A DNA stretch of 64,000 nucleotides from positions 23,281 to 87,280 of the forward strand of contig JALNZB010000005.1 of assembly GCA_023229545.1 (NCBI GenBank), given 5' to 3'. The position numbers and the translations under genes were made by a program. This DNA is from Sulfuritalea sp. GTDB lineage: Bacteria; Pseudomonadota; Gammaproteobacteria; Burkholderiales; Rhodocyclaceae. Below, piece after piece: positions 31,884-43,066 of this stretch (position 1 is its first letter; every line of letters begins with the position of its first letter). Below the pieces are notes generated by a model. It did not search any database and was not told the origin of the DNA. It worked only from the letters and a program-made list of their open reading frames with translations.

Positions 31884-33596
31884 ATGCAGCTAACCGGCGC
31901 GGAAATTGTTATCAGGTGCTTGCAGGAGGAAAACGTCGAGTATGTGTTCGGCTATCCCGGCGGCTCTGTTCTGTACATTTATGACGAACTTTTCAAGCAG
32001 GATAAGTTCAAACACGTTTTGGTTCGCCATGAGCAGGCAGCCGTCCATGCGGCGGACGCCTATTCGCGATCTTCCAACAAGATCGGCGTTTGCCTGGTTA
32101 CCTCGGGGCCCGGCGTGACCAACGCGGTGACGGGGATTGCCACGGCGTACATGGATTCCAGCCCGATCGTAATCATCAGCGGACAGGTGCCCACAGCCTA
32201 CATCGGCCAGGACGCCTTTCAGGAATGCGACACGGTGGGCATTACCCGACCCTGCGTCAAGCACAATTTTCTGGTCAAGGATGTCAGGGATCTGGCGCTG
32301 ACCTTGAAGAAGGCTTTCTACATCGCCAAGACCGGGCGTCCCGGCCCGGTGCTGGTCGATATCCCGAAGGATGTCTCCAATCAGAAGTGCGAGTTCGAGT
32401 ATCCCAAGACCGTCACCATGCGGTCCTATAACCCGGTGGTCAAGGGACATAGCGGGCAGATCAAGAAGGCGGTGCAGATGCTGCTGGCGGCCAAGCGACC
32501 GATGATTTACGCCGGCGGTGGAGTAATTCTTTCCGATGCCGCCGAAAGACTGGTCAAGCTTGTTCGTCGTCTGGGATATCCAGTAACCAACACCTTGATG
32601 GGTTTAGGCGGCTATCCGGGAACCGACAAGCAATGTCTAGGCATGCTGGGCATGCATGGCACCTATGAGGCCAACATGGCCATGCAGCACTGCGATGTAC
32701 TGGTCGCGGTCGGCGCGCGGTTCGATGATCGCGTGATTGGCAATACTGTGGATTTCGCTGAGGTTTCGCGCAAGATCATTCACATCGACATCGACCCCGC
32801 ATCGATTTCCAAGCGCGTCAAGGTCGATGTACCCATTGTCGGTAATCTGCCGGACGTGCTGGACGAAATGCAAAAGATTCTCGAAGCCTCGGCGGGCGTA
32901 CCCGATGCGAAGGCGCTTGCCGCATGGTGGAAGCAGATCGACGAATGGCGCGGCAAGGAGTCGCTCAAGTACAAGCAGGGTAAGGACATCATCATGCCCC
33001 AGTATGTGATCGAGAAGCTTTACGAGGTCACCGGTGGAGATGCCTTCATTACCTCCGATGTGGGCCAGCACCAGATGTTTGCCGCCCAGTATTACAAATT
33101 CGACAAGCCGCGTCGCTGGATCAACTCGGGCGGCCTGGGCACCATGGGCGTCGGTTTGCCTTATGCGATGGGTACCCGCTTCGCCAATCCGAAGGCGGCG
33201 GTTGCCTGTGTTACCGGCGAAGGGTCGATTCAGATGTGTATCCAGGAGCTGTCGACATGCAAGCAGTTCCGTCTGCCGATCAAGATCATCAATCTCAACA
33301 ATGGCTATCTCGGCATGGTGCGGCAGTGGCAGCAGATGTTCCATGGCAACCGCTACGCCGGCTCGTACGTGGATGCGCTGCCCGATTTCGTCAAACTCGC
33401 GGAGGCCTATGGGCATGTCGGCATGAAGATCGAGCGTCCCGCCGATGTTGAGCCGGCCTTGCGCGAAGCCTTCAGTACCAAGCACAAGAACGACCTCGTG
33501 TTCATGGATTTTCTTACTGATCAGACCGCCAACGTGTACCCGATGGTGGCGGCCGGCAAGGGGTTGTCGGAAATGATCCTGGCCGAGGAACTGTAA
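31884..33596 (+). CDS. ilvB: Acetolactate synthase large subunit
   Basis: VFGYPGG, VRHEQAAVHAAD, TSGPGVTN, NSGGLGTMG, GEGSIQM..NN.YLGMVRQWQ (ThDP motif). Confidence 0.96.
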   Translation: MQLTGAEIVIRCLQEENVEYVFGYPGGSVLYIYDELFKQDKFKHVLVRHEQAAVHAADAYSRSSNKIGVCLVTSGPGVTNAVTGIATAYMDSSPIVIISGQVPTAYIGQDAFQECDTVGITRPCVKHNFLVKDVRDLALTLKKAFYIAKTGRPGPVLVDIPKDVSNQKCEFEYPKTVTMRSYNPVVKGHSGQIKKAVQMLLAAKRPMIYAGGGVILSDAAERLVKLVRRLGYPVTNTLMGLGGYPGTDKQCLGMLGMHGTYEANMAMQHCDVLVAVGARFDDRVIGNTVDFAEVSRKIIHIDIDPASISKRVKVDVPIVGNLPDVLDEMQKILEASAGVPDAKALAAWWKQIDEWRGKESLKYKQGKDIIMPQYVIEKLYEVTGGDAFITSDVGQHQMFAAQYYKFDKPRRWINSGGLGTMGVGLPYAMGTRFANPKAAVACVTGEGSIQMCIQELSTCKQFRLPIKIINLNNGYLGMVRQWQQMFHGNRYAGSYVDALPDFVKLAEAYGHVGMKIERPADVEPALREAFSTKHKNDLVFMDFLTDQTANVYPMVAAGKGLSEMILAEEL

Positions 33597-33598
33597 CC

Positions 33599-34090
33599 AT
33601 GCGACACATCATTTCCATTCTTATTGAAAACGAGGCCGGGGCGCTTTCCCGCGTCTCCGGTTTGTTCTCTGCCCGCGCTTACAACATCGAATCGCTGACG
33701 GTAGCTCCGACGGAAGACGCCTCTCTTTCTCGCATGACCATCGTCAGCACAGGCTCTGACGATGTCATCGAGCAGATCACCAAACAACTCAACAAACTGA
33801 TCGATGTCGTCAAGGTGGTAGATCTGTCCGAAGCCGCGCATATCGAGCGCGAGTTGATGCTGATCAAAGTCCGTGCCGCTGGCAAGGATCGTGAAGAGAT
33901 AAAGCGTATTGCCGATATTTTTCGCGGGCGCATCATTGATGTCACCGATTCGACCTACGTCATCGAACTGACGGGCAACGGCTCCAAACTCGATGCCTTT
34001 CTCGATGCCATTGACCGCGCGCTTATTCTCGAAACCGTTCGCACCGGCGTGTCCGGCATCGGACGCGGTGATCGAATTCTCAAAGTCTGA
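33599..34090 (+). CDS. ilvN: Acetolactate synthase small subunit
   Basis: MRHIISILIENEAGALSRVSGLFSARAYNIESLTV. Confidence 0.96.
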   Translation: MRHIISILIENEAGALSRVSGLFSARAYNIESLTVAPTEDASLSRMTIVSTGSDDVIEQITKQLNKLIDVVKVVDLSEAAHIERELMLIKVRAAGKDREEIKRIADIFRGRIIDVTDSTYVIELTGNGSKLDAFLDAIDRALILETVRTGVSGIGRGDRILKV

Positions 34091-34097
34091 ACTCTGA

Positions 34098-35129
<1,032 letters not shown>

Positions 35130-35144
35130 TTTCATGAGATTTTT

Positions 35145-35173
35145 GAAAGGGCGCGGCGTTGCCGCGCCCTTTC
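35145..35173 (+). terminator. Stem-loop / terminator after ilvC
   Basis: GAAAGGGCGCGGC-GTT-GCCGCGCCCTTTC perfect 13-bp stem. Confidence 0.7.
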
Positions 35174-35284
35174 ACATTCGGTTTCATTTTTTCTTCGCGG
35201 CGCAGATGGTCGGCGGCAACGGTATTTGCCGCCTGATGGGTCGGAGCCGTTAGAATGGCCTGCATCCCTTACTGCTAAAGCACC

Positions 35285-36052
35285 ATGTCGGCAACCCCCC
35301 CTCGCAAGGTGTTGATGAATTCAGAACTGCGTCGGCGCGGCATTTATTTGCTGCCCAACCTGTTGACGACGGCTGCGCTGTTTGCCGGGTTTTACGCCAT
35401 TGTCCAAGCCATGACCGGGCGCTTTGAACACGCGGCCGTCGCAATTTTCATCGCCATGGTGTTTGACGGACTTGATGGGCGGGTGGCACGCCTGACCCGG
35501 ACCCAGAGCGCTTTTGGTGCGGAATACGATTCGTTGTCCGACATGGTGTCTTTCGGCGCCGCTCCGGCGTTGATTGCGTTCGAGTGGGCGATGAAAGGCA
35601 TGGGCAAGTGGGGCTGGATAGCGGCATTCGTCTATTGCGCCGGAGCGGCGTTGCGCCTGGCGCGTTTCAACACGAATATCGGCGTGGTGGATAAGCGCCA
35701 TTTCCAGGGGCTGCCGAGTCCGGCCGCAGCGGCACTGGTGGCGGGCTTTGTCTGGATCATCAACGATCTCAATATTTCCGGACAAAACGTGCGCTGGTAT
35801 GCCTTCGCCCTGACTCTTTTCGCCGGTGTCACCATGGTGAGTACTTTGCCTTACTGGAGCGGCAAGGACATCAACCTGCGGCGCAGCGTGCCGTTCATTG
35901 TGCTTCCCGCTATCGTCCTTGGCTATGTGCTGGTGTCTTCGTATCCGCCGGGCGTTCTGTTCGCGCTGTTTCTTGCCTATGCCTTGTCGGGATATGTCTT
36001 GGCGGCATGGAATTGGCGTAACAGGAAAAAACCTGTTGCACGGCAGGAATAA
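35285..36052 (+). CDS. pssA: CDP-diacylglycerol--serine O-phosphatidyltransferase
   Basis: YLLPNLLTT, DGLDGRVARLT...FGAEYDSLSDMVSFG (CDP-alcohol motif), LRLARFN. Confidence 0.93.
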   Translation: MSATPPRKVLMNSELRRRGIYLLPNLLTTAALFAGFYAIVQAMTGRFEHAAVAIFIAMVFDGLDGRVARLTRTQSAFGAEYDSLSDMVSFGAAPALIAFEWAMKGMGKWGWIAAFVYCAGAALRLARFNTNIGVVDKRHFQGLPSPAAAALVAGFVWIINDLNISGQNVRWYAFALTLFAGVTMVSTLPYWSGKDINLRRSVPFIVLPAIVLGYVLVSSYPPGVLFALFLAYALSGYVLAAWNWRNRKKPVARQE

Positions 36053-36071
36053 AGTCTTTATAGTGATTTTC

Positions 36072-36256
36072 ATGTTTGCGATACTCATCTTTTCTGCACT
36101 GTTTCTGGCTTTCTCAGGCGCGCTGCTCGTGCGTCTGCCGTTGCGCGCCAAGCTGCTTCCGCTGCTGCGCCGCGCGCGCTAAATACCCCACTCCCACAAT
36201 CCGGTTGTTCAAAGTGCCTACCCTGCGAGGGGCGGCTTTACGCATTTTTTTCTTTT
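36072..36256 (+). promoter_or_regulatory. Candidate leucine leader peptide (36072-36182) and attenuator upstream of leuA
   Basis: 36-aa ORF MFAILIFSALFLAFSGALLVRLPLRAKLLPLLRRAR with 11 Leu, followed by an imperfect GC hairpin and T-run about 80 nt before leuA. Confidence 0.55.
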
Positions 36257-36334
36257 AGTTTCGGTCGTTGCGCTTGACGCAGAAGATTCCGGCGGCAGCC
36301 TTTACTGAAATCGCATTTTGTCCAGGAGATAACC

Positions 36335-37873
36335 ATGTCCAAGGAACAGTTGATTATTTTCGATACCACCTTGCGCGACGGCGAACAAAGTCCAGGCGCT
36401 TCCATGACCAAGGAAGAAAAGCTGCGGATTGCCCGTCAGCTTGAACGCATGCGCGTGAATGTCATCGAAGCGGGCTTTCCGGCGGCGTCGAACGGCGACT
36501 TTGAGGCGGTGAAGGCTATTGCCGAGGCGATCAAGGAGGCCACGGTCTGCGGTTTGGCTCGCGCCAGCGAGGCGGACGTACGGCGCGCGGGCGAGGCGAT
36601 CAAGCCGGCCAGGTCCGGTCGCATCCATACCTTCATCGCGACCAGCCCGATCCACATGGAAAAGAAACTGCGCATGCAGCCGGATCAAGTGGTCGAAGCG
36701 GCGATTGCCGCCGTCAGGCTGGCGCGCCAGTACACGGATGATGTCGAATTCTCTGCCGAGGATGCCGTCCGTTCGGACTTTGATTTTCTTTGTCGCGTCT
36801 TCGATGCCGTTATCAAGGCGGGCGCCACCACCATCAATGTTCCTGACACCGTTGGCTACAGCATTCCCGAAGTCTGGGGCGAGCGCATGCGGCGGTTGAT
36901 CGAAAGCGTCTCCGGCGCCGACAAGGTGATCTGGTCGACCCACTGCCACAACGACCTCGGACTTGCTGTCGCCAATTCACTTTCCGCCGTGCTGGCGGGG
37001 GCGCGCCAGGTCGAGTGCACCATCAACGGCCTCGGCGAGCGCGCCGGCAACGCTGCGCTGGAAGAGGTGGTGATGGCCGTGCGTACCCGTGGTGATCTGT
37101 TTAGCTGTGACACGCGCATCGATGCCACGCAGATCGTGCCGGCCTCGAAACTTGTGTCGCAAATCACCGGCTACGTCGTTCAGCCGAACAAGGCGGTGGT
37201 CGGCGCCAACGCATTTGCCCATGAGTCCGGCATTCACCAGGATGGTGTGTTGAAGCACCGCGAGACCTACGAGATCATGCGTGCCGAAGATGTGGGGTGG
37301 GCCACCAACCGGCTGACGCTGGGCAAGCTTTCCGGTCGCAGCGCGTTCAAGCAGCGGCTGACGGAACTGGGCATCGAATTGGCGAGCGAGGATGCCCTCA
37401 ACGCTGCGTTTGGCCGCTTCAAGGAACTTGCCGACAAGAAGCGGGAAATTTTCGATGAGGACATTTTCTCTCTCATCGGCGACGAAACCGTAACGCCTGA
37501 AAACGAACACTACCGACTGGTGTCGTCGATGTTTCACTCCGAGACAGGCGAGGCGCCGCAGGCGCGGCTGACGCTTTCCGCAGGAGGCGAGGAACGGCGT
37601 GCGGAATCAAGCGGTAGTGGTCCGGTCGACGCGACTTTCAAGGCGATTGAAAGCGTCGCTGAGAGCGGTTCCGAACTGTTGCTCTACTCGGTCAACGCCA
37701 TCACGACCGGCACCGACGCGCAGGGCGAGGTGACGGTGCGCCTGTCGAAGGACGGGCGGATCGTAAATGGACAGGGGGCGGATACGGACATTGTGGTCGC
37801 CTCCGCCAAGGCGTACATCAATGCGCTGAACAAACTGTGCGCGGGGCAGGAAAAGCTCAATCCGCAACTTTGA
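36335..37873 (+). CDS. leuA: 2-isopropylmalate synthase
   Basis: [48 protein letters not shown]. Confidence 0.97.
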   Translation: MSKEQLIIFDTTLRDGEQSPGASMTKEEKLRIARQLERMRVNVIEAGFPAASNGDFEAVKAIAEAIKEATVCGLARASEADVRRAGEAIKPARSGRIHTFIATSPIHMEKKLRMQPDQVVEAAIAAVRLARQYTDDVEFSAEDAVRSDFDFLCRVFDAVIKAGATTINVPDTVGYSIPEVWGERMRRLIESVSGADKVIWSTHCHNDLGLAVANSLSAVLAGARQVECTINGLGERAGNAALEEVVMAVRTRGDLFSCDTRIDATQIVPASKLVSQITGYVVQPNKAVVGANAFAHESGIHQDGVLKHRETYEIMRAEDVGWATNRLTLGKLSGRSAFKQRLTELGIELASEDALNAAFGRFKELADKKREIFDEDIFSLIGDETVTPENEHYRLVSSMFHSETGEAPQARLTLSAGGEERRAESSGSGPVDATFKAIESVAESGSELLLYSVNAITTGTDAQGEVTVRLSKDGRIVNGQGADTDIVVASAKAYINALNKLCAGQEKLNPQL

Positions 37874-37890
37874 GGGTCTGGACGTAACGT

Positions 37891-38712
37891 ATGTGGCTCT
37901 TGGCGCCTTTCCGGCTGATCGTGCGCACGGCGCGCCGGTTTCATGGCGAGCATTGCGCGCGAACGGCGGCGGCGCTTTCCTTTTCCACCTTGATTGGTCT
38001 GGTGCCAATGATTGCAGCGGCGTTTGCGTTGATTTCGCTTTTGCCCGCTGGCGTCGGTCTCGGTCCGGCGCTGGAGAAGTTCCTCTTGGCCAACCTGTTG
38101 CCTGACAAGGCCGGTGTCATCATCGCGAAATATGTCGGTCGGTTTGCGGCCAGCGCCGAACGGGTGACTCTTCTTGGTATCGCGGTGCTGGGAGCGACCG
38201 CTTTGATGCAGATGCTGACCATAGAGCATGCCTTTAACCACATATGGCGGGTCAAGTCCAGCCGCCCGCTGTTGCGGCGTCTATCCATGCATGGTCTTGC
38301 ACTGCTGCTCGGCCCGCTGGTATTCGGCGCCAGTCTGACGGCGATCTCGTTTGTCGCCGGCGTGTCGCTTGGCTTCTTCAATGAGCCGTATTGGTTGAAT
38401 ACTTTTGTAATTCGGGGCCTGTTGCCATTCTCGTTCATGACCGCCCTGTTTGGCCTGCTCTATTGGGGTGTGCCCAACCAACGGGTGAATGCATGGCACG
38501 CGGCTTTTGGTGGAGCGATGGCGGCGCTGGGCTTTGCCGGCCTACAGAAGCTATTCACACTTTATATCGTCACCGGATTTACCGTGAACGCGGCGGTTTA
38601 TGGCGCTTTCTCGGCGATTCCGGTATTTCTGGTTTGGCTCTACGCATCATGGAGCGTGATCCTGACCGGCGCACTACTGGTCGCCGAGTTGCCGCAATCC
38701 GCTCACGCCTAG
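37891..38712 (+). CDS. YihY/virulence factor BrkB family membrane protein
   Basis: AAALSFSTLIGLVP, IEHAFNHIWRV, YGAFSAIPVFLVWLY.SW..IL.GA. Confidence 0.88.
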   Translation: MWLLAPFRLIVRTARRFHGEHCARTAAALSFSTLIGLVPMIAAAFALISLLPAGVGLGPALEKFLLANLLPDKAGVIIAKYVGRFAASAERVTLLGIAVLGATALMQMLTIEHAFNHIWRVKSSRPLLRRLSMHGLALLLGPLVFGASLTAISFVAGVSLGFFNEPYWLNTFVIRGLLPFSFMTALFGLLYWGVPNQRVNAWHAAFGGAMAALGFAGLQKLFTLYIVTGFTVNAAVYGAFSAIPVFLVWLYASWSVILTGALLVAELPQSAHA

Positions 38713-40223
38713 TTTGCCATGGGGTTGCGAGTGAACTCGAAGACTTCTACGCTGGAGGTTTCGATGAGACTCCGGTGCGGCATGCATTCGACGATCTGCA
38801 GGCGGGCTTCATGCTCCTGCATCAATGTAAACGGACGGGCGTTGTAGTCGCCCCGCACGGCCAGAATCGCTTCACTACGGTTGAGGCCTGGCAGGGCAGG
38901 TAGCAGCAGGGCGGGTATCGGCGACTCGGGATTGCGACCGGTCAGGGCTTGTATCCTGACGGGTTGCGCTGATGGCGCCAAGACTTCCAGTCCCAATTCG
39001 ACATGGCGGCTGTTTTTGCTGCGAGCCCAGCGCACCAGGCAAATTTGCCATGCGGTGCCGGCATCGGCGCGTAAACCTACCGCGCCACCCGGTACGATGC
39101 CAGCGACCTCGCCGATGGCATGTACGATCGCATAACCGGACGGACTGTCGTTGAGCAGTGTCCAGTCGCTATAGGCCAGTTCACAGTGACTGGATTTCGG
39201 TTCCTGTTGGGAGTCACTTGCCAGTGCTGTCCATAAGGCGCTCAGTTGAATGCAGACATCCACGCGCAATGTTTGCGGACGGCGATTGAAGCTCCGTCGC
39301 CGTGGCATAGCCCAGTATTGCCTGGCCCGCTCAAGCGCGTTGCGGTAGTCGGCACCTGCCGCCTGATGTGGCAGTCCGAGTGATGACGGCGGCACGCCGT
39401 CGTTCAACTGGTCGAGATGCCGCGCTGCCAGATTGGCAAGTTCACCAAAACGGAAGTAGAGACATAGTCCGCTGTCCGGGCTGAGGCGTGAAAGGGATAC
39501 TGGCCGTTGGTCAAGACTAGCATCGAGCCAGAACCAGTCTTCGGCAGCCTCGGGACGGATCATGTCGATTCGGGTGACCGTAGCGTGAGTTTCGAGGTAG
39601 TCGGCAAGAAATGCGATTTCGCGCGGCGCGAGCCCTTCGGGTTGAGCCGTCGTGAGCGCCAGCATGGCCTTGAAGCGGGTATCGATCAAACTCATTTCGG
39701 CAGGCAGGGTTGCCGTTGGGTCGGCTGACTCGTGGGCGCGATGATAAAGTGCCTGGGCGTTGCGCCAGAAATTAATTGGTGTCGGAATTGCAGTCAACAA
39801 GGTGGCGATGAACTGCCGCGACAGGTTGAAGATTCCTTGCAGGCAAACTTGTGTTCTGCTGCGATGAATACGGGCAAGATCCCGCGGGTCGGCTTCTCCG
39901 GCAACCCTCAACCAGGTTTCACCCAATTCTGCGCGCAGGCCAATCAAGTCTTGAGCGGCCGTGCCAAGGTCAGTTGGCAACGGCAGCTTGACGTCGAGCA
40001 ACATAGGCGTAAGCGCTGCATCAATTCGTTCGGCACGCTGCTGGAGAAGTTCGTCGATCTTGATGCGGTGCAGTACCGGAAGTCCCAGCGAACCAATCGC
40101 AGCGATGTGATTGCGTAAGGGTATCAGGTCGAGCAGCGGATCGTCCGGTGGCGGGCCAGCGAGCCAATCCAGTGCTTGTTGCAATTGGATGGGTGGCTGC
40201 GGGGAGGTCTTCTTGCGGCGCAT
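38709..40223 (-). CDS. Hypothetical protein resembling the c-di-GMP receptor FimW (PilZ-like motifs)
   Basis: Helical N-terminus; RSFNR (RxxxR) and NDSPSG ([D/N]xSxxG); C-terminal beta-rich ICLVRW...ELGLEVLAP. Confidence 0.55.
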   Translation of the reverse strand: MRRKKTSPQPPIQLQQALDWLAGPPPDDPLLDLIPLRNHIAAIGSLGLPVLHRIKIDELLQQRAERIDAALTPMLLDVKLPLPTDLGTAAQDLIGLRAELGETWLRVAGEADPRDLARIHRSRTQVCLQGIFNLSRQFIATLLTAIPTPINFWRNAQALYHRAHESADPTATLPAEMSLIDTRFKAMLALTTAQPEGLAPREIAFLADYLETHATVTRIDMIRPEAAEDWFWLDASLDQRPVSLSRLSPDSGLCLYFRFGELANLAARHLDQLNDGVPPSSLGLPHQAAGADYRNALERARQYWAMPRRRSFNRRPQTLRVDVCIQLSALWTALASDSQQEPKSSHCELAYSDWTLLNDSPSGYAIVHAIGEVAGIVPGGAVGLRADAGTAWQICLVRWARSKNSRHVELGLEVLAPSAQPVRIQALTGRNPESPIPALLLPALPGLNRSEAILAVRGDYNARPFTLMQEHEARLQIVECMPHRSLIETSSVEVFEFTRNPMAN

Positions 40224-40305
40224 GATTAGCGGAATGACCTGGGACGAAGAGTGATTCTAGTAGAATCCGGACGCATTTTATCTTGTTGTCTTGCTTGAAT
40301 CCGAA

Positions 40306-40818
40306 ATGACCAGCCTGCTGTCTGACCTGCCCTCGATCTTCCAGACGCCGAGGCAGCGCGCGCCTTGGTGATCGAGTTGGGTGACGCGGTGGTGTTTTAC
40401 AAGATCGGACTGGAACTCTTCATGACCGGCGGCTATTTTGATCTACTGCATTGGCTTGTCGGCCAAGGCAAGAAGGTTTTCGTCGACCTGAAGTTCCTCG
40501 ATGTTCCTGAAACCGTGCGTTCCGCAGTCCGGGCCTTGGCCGCAGGGGTGGACGGCATTGTTTCGTCCGGCCTGGAGGCGCCGATGATTCGGCGCGAACT
40601 GGGTGACAAAGTTGATGGTGGTTACGCCTGGCATTCGCCCGGTCGAGAACAAGCCGGTGGATGACCAGAAGCGCACCGTCGATGTCGCCCAGGCGTTCAG
40701 GAATGGCGCCGATTACATTGTGGTCGGTCGACCGATCCGTCAGGCGGCGAATCCGAGCGAGGCGGCGATCAAACTACAGCAGACCATTCGCGAGGTGTTT
40801 TCCCCGTCAGGCGGGTGA
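40306..40818 (+). pseudogene. pyrF: Degraded orotidine-5'-phosphate decarboxylase
   Basis: Fragments ALDLPDAEAARAL..ELGDAVVFYKIGLELF, VDLKFLDVPETV and VVTPGIRP...DDQKR...[12 protein letters not shown]. In-frame stop upstream (40323-40325), the central section is missing, and the frame changes near 40605. Confidence 0.8.
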
Positions 40819-40938
40819 ATCGCAAGTCGACCGACGATGTCGTCACGGTCGGAAAGCCGAACGACCGAACGCTACGCCTTGTTTTATCCGGCTTTTTGAA
40901 ATAAAATCGCCGGCTTTCCTGCATTCTAAGAGAACACC

Positions 40939-41193
40939 ATGGTTGTTATTCGTCTCGCCCGCAGCGGCGCCAAGAAGCGCCCGTTCTTCAATATGGTTGT
41001 GGCCGATTCGCGCAATCGTCGCGATGGCCGTTTTATCGAACGCGTCGGTTATTACAATCCCGTTGCCGCCGAAAATGAGCAGGGGCTGGTCATCAACACC
41101 GAGCGCCTGGCTTACTGGCAGGGGCATGGCGCGCAGTTGTCGCCGACCGCCGCGCGTTTGGTCAAGCAGGCTGCGGCGCCAAAGGCCGCTTAA
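40939..41193 (+). CDS. rpsP: 30S ribosomal protein S16
   Basis: [37 protein letters not shown]. Confidence 0.97.
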   Translation: MVVIRLARSGAKKRPFFNMVVADSRNRRDGRFIERVGYYNPVAAENEQGLVINTERLAYWQGHGAQLSPTAARLVKQAAAPKAA

Positions 41194-41198
41194 GTCGC

Positions 41199-41705
41199 AT
41201 GATTGTGTTGGGGCGCATTGTCGCCCCGTTCGGGGTTCATGGTTGGCTGCGGGTTCATCCCTTCGGCGATGATCCCGAAGCATGGCGGAAGATGCCGCAG
41301 TGGTGGCTTTCTGCGGATGTCGGTGCACCCGCCGCAAGCTGGCAGGCGCACGGTCTCGAAGCGGTCAAGCTGCACGGCGACGGCGTCGTGGCAAAGCTGG
41401 TCGGTATTGATGATCGGGATTCATCCGAAGCGCTGGGCAGTTGTTATTTTGGCGCGCCGCGCGAGGCTTTGCCGCCGACGGCGCAGGAAGAGTACTACTG
41501 GACCGATCTGATCGGCCTGGCGGTAGTGAATATGCAGGACCAGCCCTTGGGCCGGGTCAAGTCTCTGATCGAGACGGGCGCGAATGAAGTGCTGGTGGTC
41601 GTGGACGGGGAGCAGCAAAGATTGCTGCCGTTCGTTGAACAGGTAGTGAAGGCGGTGGATGTTCCGGGAGGAACGATCCGCGTCGAATGGGATGGCGGCT
41701 GGTGA
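41199..41705 (+). CDS. rimM: Ribosome maturation factor RimM
   Basis: [37 protein letters not shown]. Confidence 0.95.
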   Translation: MIVLGRIVAPFGVHGWLRVHPFGDDPEAWRKMPQWWLSADVGAPAASWQAHGLEAVKLHGDGVVAKLVGIDDRDSSEALGSCYFGAPREALPPTAQEEYYWTDLIGLAVVNMQDQPLGRVKSLIETGANEVLVVVDGEQQRLLPFVEQVVKAVDVPGGTIRVEWDGGW

Positions 41706-42469
41706 GCTTGCGTTTCGACGTCATCACGCTGTTTCCCGAGATGTTTGCGGCGCTCACGGCGTCGGGAATTACCCGGCGGGCGCTGGATCGGGGGCTGTGG
41801 CAGATCGAGTGCTGGAACCCGAGACTATGGACGCAGGATGTGCATCGAACCGTGGATGACCGTCCGTATGGCGGCGGCCCCGGCATGGTGATGATGGCAT
41901 CGCCGCTGGAACAGGCGATAGCTGCGGCAAAAGCGGCAGCAAAAGCGGCGGCAAGAGTCGGCGCTGGCGGTACGGCGAAAGTGATTTGTCTTTCGCCGCA
42001 GGGCGTGCGGATCGATCAGCGGCGCGTGACAGAACTGGCGGCAAGCGATGGCGCGATTCTGCTTTGCGGTCGCTACGAGGGAATTGATGAGCGCTTGATA
42101 GAGCGCTGCGTGGATGAAGAGTTGTCGCTGGGCGATTTCGTTCTTTCCGGCGGCGAATTGGCGGCGATGGCGTTGATGGATGCCTGCATCAGGCAATTGC
42201 CGGGCGCATTGAATGATGAGGCTTCGGCGGTAGAAGATTCTTTTGCCGCTGGTTTGCTGGACTGTCCGCATTACACGCGGCCAGAAATGTATGAAGGGTG
42301 TGCGGTGCCGGAAGTGCTGTTGTCCGGCAACCACGAAAGAATCCGGCGCTGGCGCCTGAAACAGGCGTTGGGGCGGACCTGGCTAAGGCGCCCGGACCTC
42401 CTTGAGGTCAGGGTGCTGAGTCGGGAAGAAGCCGATCTGCTGGCAGAATTCCAGCGGGAGGGTAATTAG
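41702..42469 (+). CDS. trmD: tRNA (guanine37-N1)-methyltransferase
   Basis: [52 protein letters not shown]. Confidence 0.96.
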   Translation: MSLRFDVITLFPEMFAALTASGITRRALDRGLWQIECWNPRLWTQDVHRTVDDRPYGGGPGMVMMASPLEQAIAAAKAAAKAAARVGAGGTAKVICLSPQGVRIDQRRVTELAASDGAILLCGRYEGIDERLIERCVDEELSLGDFVLSGGELAAMALMDACIRQLPGALNDEASAVEDSFAAGLLDCPHYTRPEMYEGCAVPEVLLSGNHERIRRWRLKQALGRTWLRRPDLLEVRVLSREEADLLAEFQREGN

Positions 42470-42558
42470 AAACGGCGCGCATCAGGACGGCGATTTAGTC
42501 CTGCTCTGTGCGCAAGGTTGGCGGAGAATATCCGCAGCCATAATGACGGAGTAATGCA

Positions 42559-42921
42559 ATGAACCTGATCCAGCAACTTGATAACGAAGAAATCGAACGT
42601 CTGGGCAAGACTGTGCCCGCGTTCGCCCCCGGCGACACCGTGATCGTCAATGTGAATGTGGTCGAAGGTGATCGCAAGCGCGTACAGGCCTTCGAAGGCG
42701 TGGTCATTTCCAGGCGCAATCGCGGCCTCAATTCGAACTTCATCGTGCGCAAGATCTCGTCTGGTGAGGGCGTTGAGCGTACCTTCCAGACCTACTCGCC
42801 GCTGATTGCCAGCATCGAAGTCAAGCGTCGTGGCGACGTGCGCCGCGCCAAACTGTATTACCTGCGTGATCGCTCCGGCAAGTCGGCGCGCATCAAGGAG
42901 AAACTTACGCGAAAAGCGTAA
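42559..42921 (+). CDS. rplS: 50S ribosomal protein L19
   Basis: [38 protein letters not shown]. Confidence 0.97.
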   Translation: MNLIQQLDNEEIERLGKTVPAFAPGDTVIVNVNVVEGDRKRVQAFEGVVISRRNRGLNSNFIVRKISSGEGVERTFQTYSPLIASIEVKRRGDVRRAKLYYLRDRSGKSARIKEKLTRKA

Positions 42922-43012
42922 GTTTTCAGAGCAGGCTAATGCCTGCGCCAGCAGGCGTTATGCCGGAACTAAAAGCTTTCGCGCAAGGCTTGATTCGAAG
43001 CCGTACTGAAAC

Positions 43013-43048
43013 AAACGGGCCGCCCAGATCCAACTGGGCGGCCCGTTT
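43013..43048. terminator. Bidirectional terminator between rplS and folE2
   Basis: AAACGGGCCGCCCAG-ATCCAA-CTGGGCGGCCCGTTT. Confidence 0.8.
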
Positions 43049-43066
43049 TCATTGTGGAGGGAAGTA

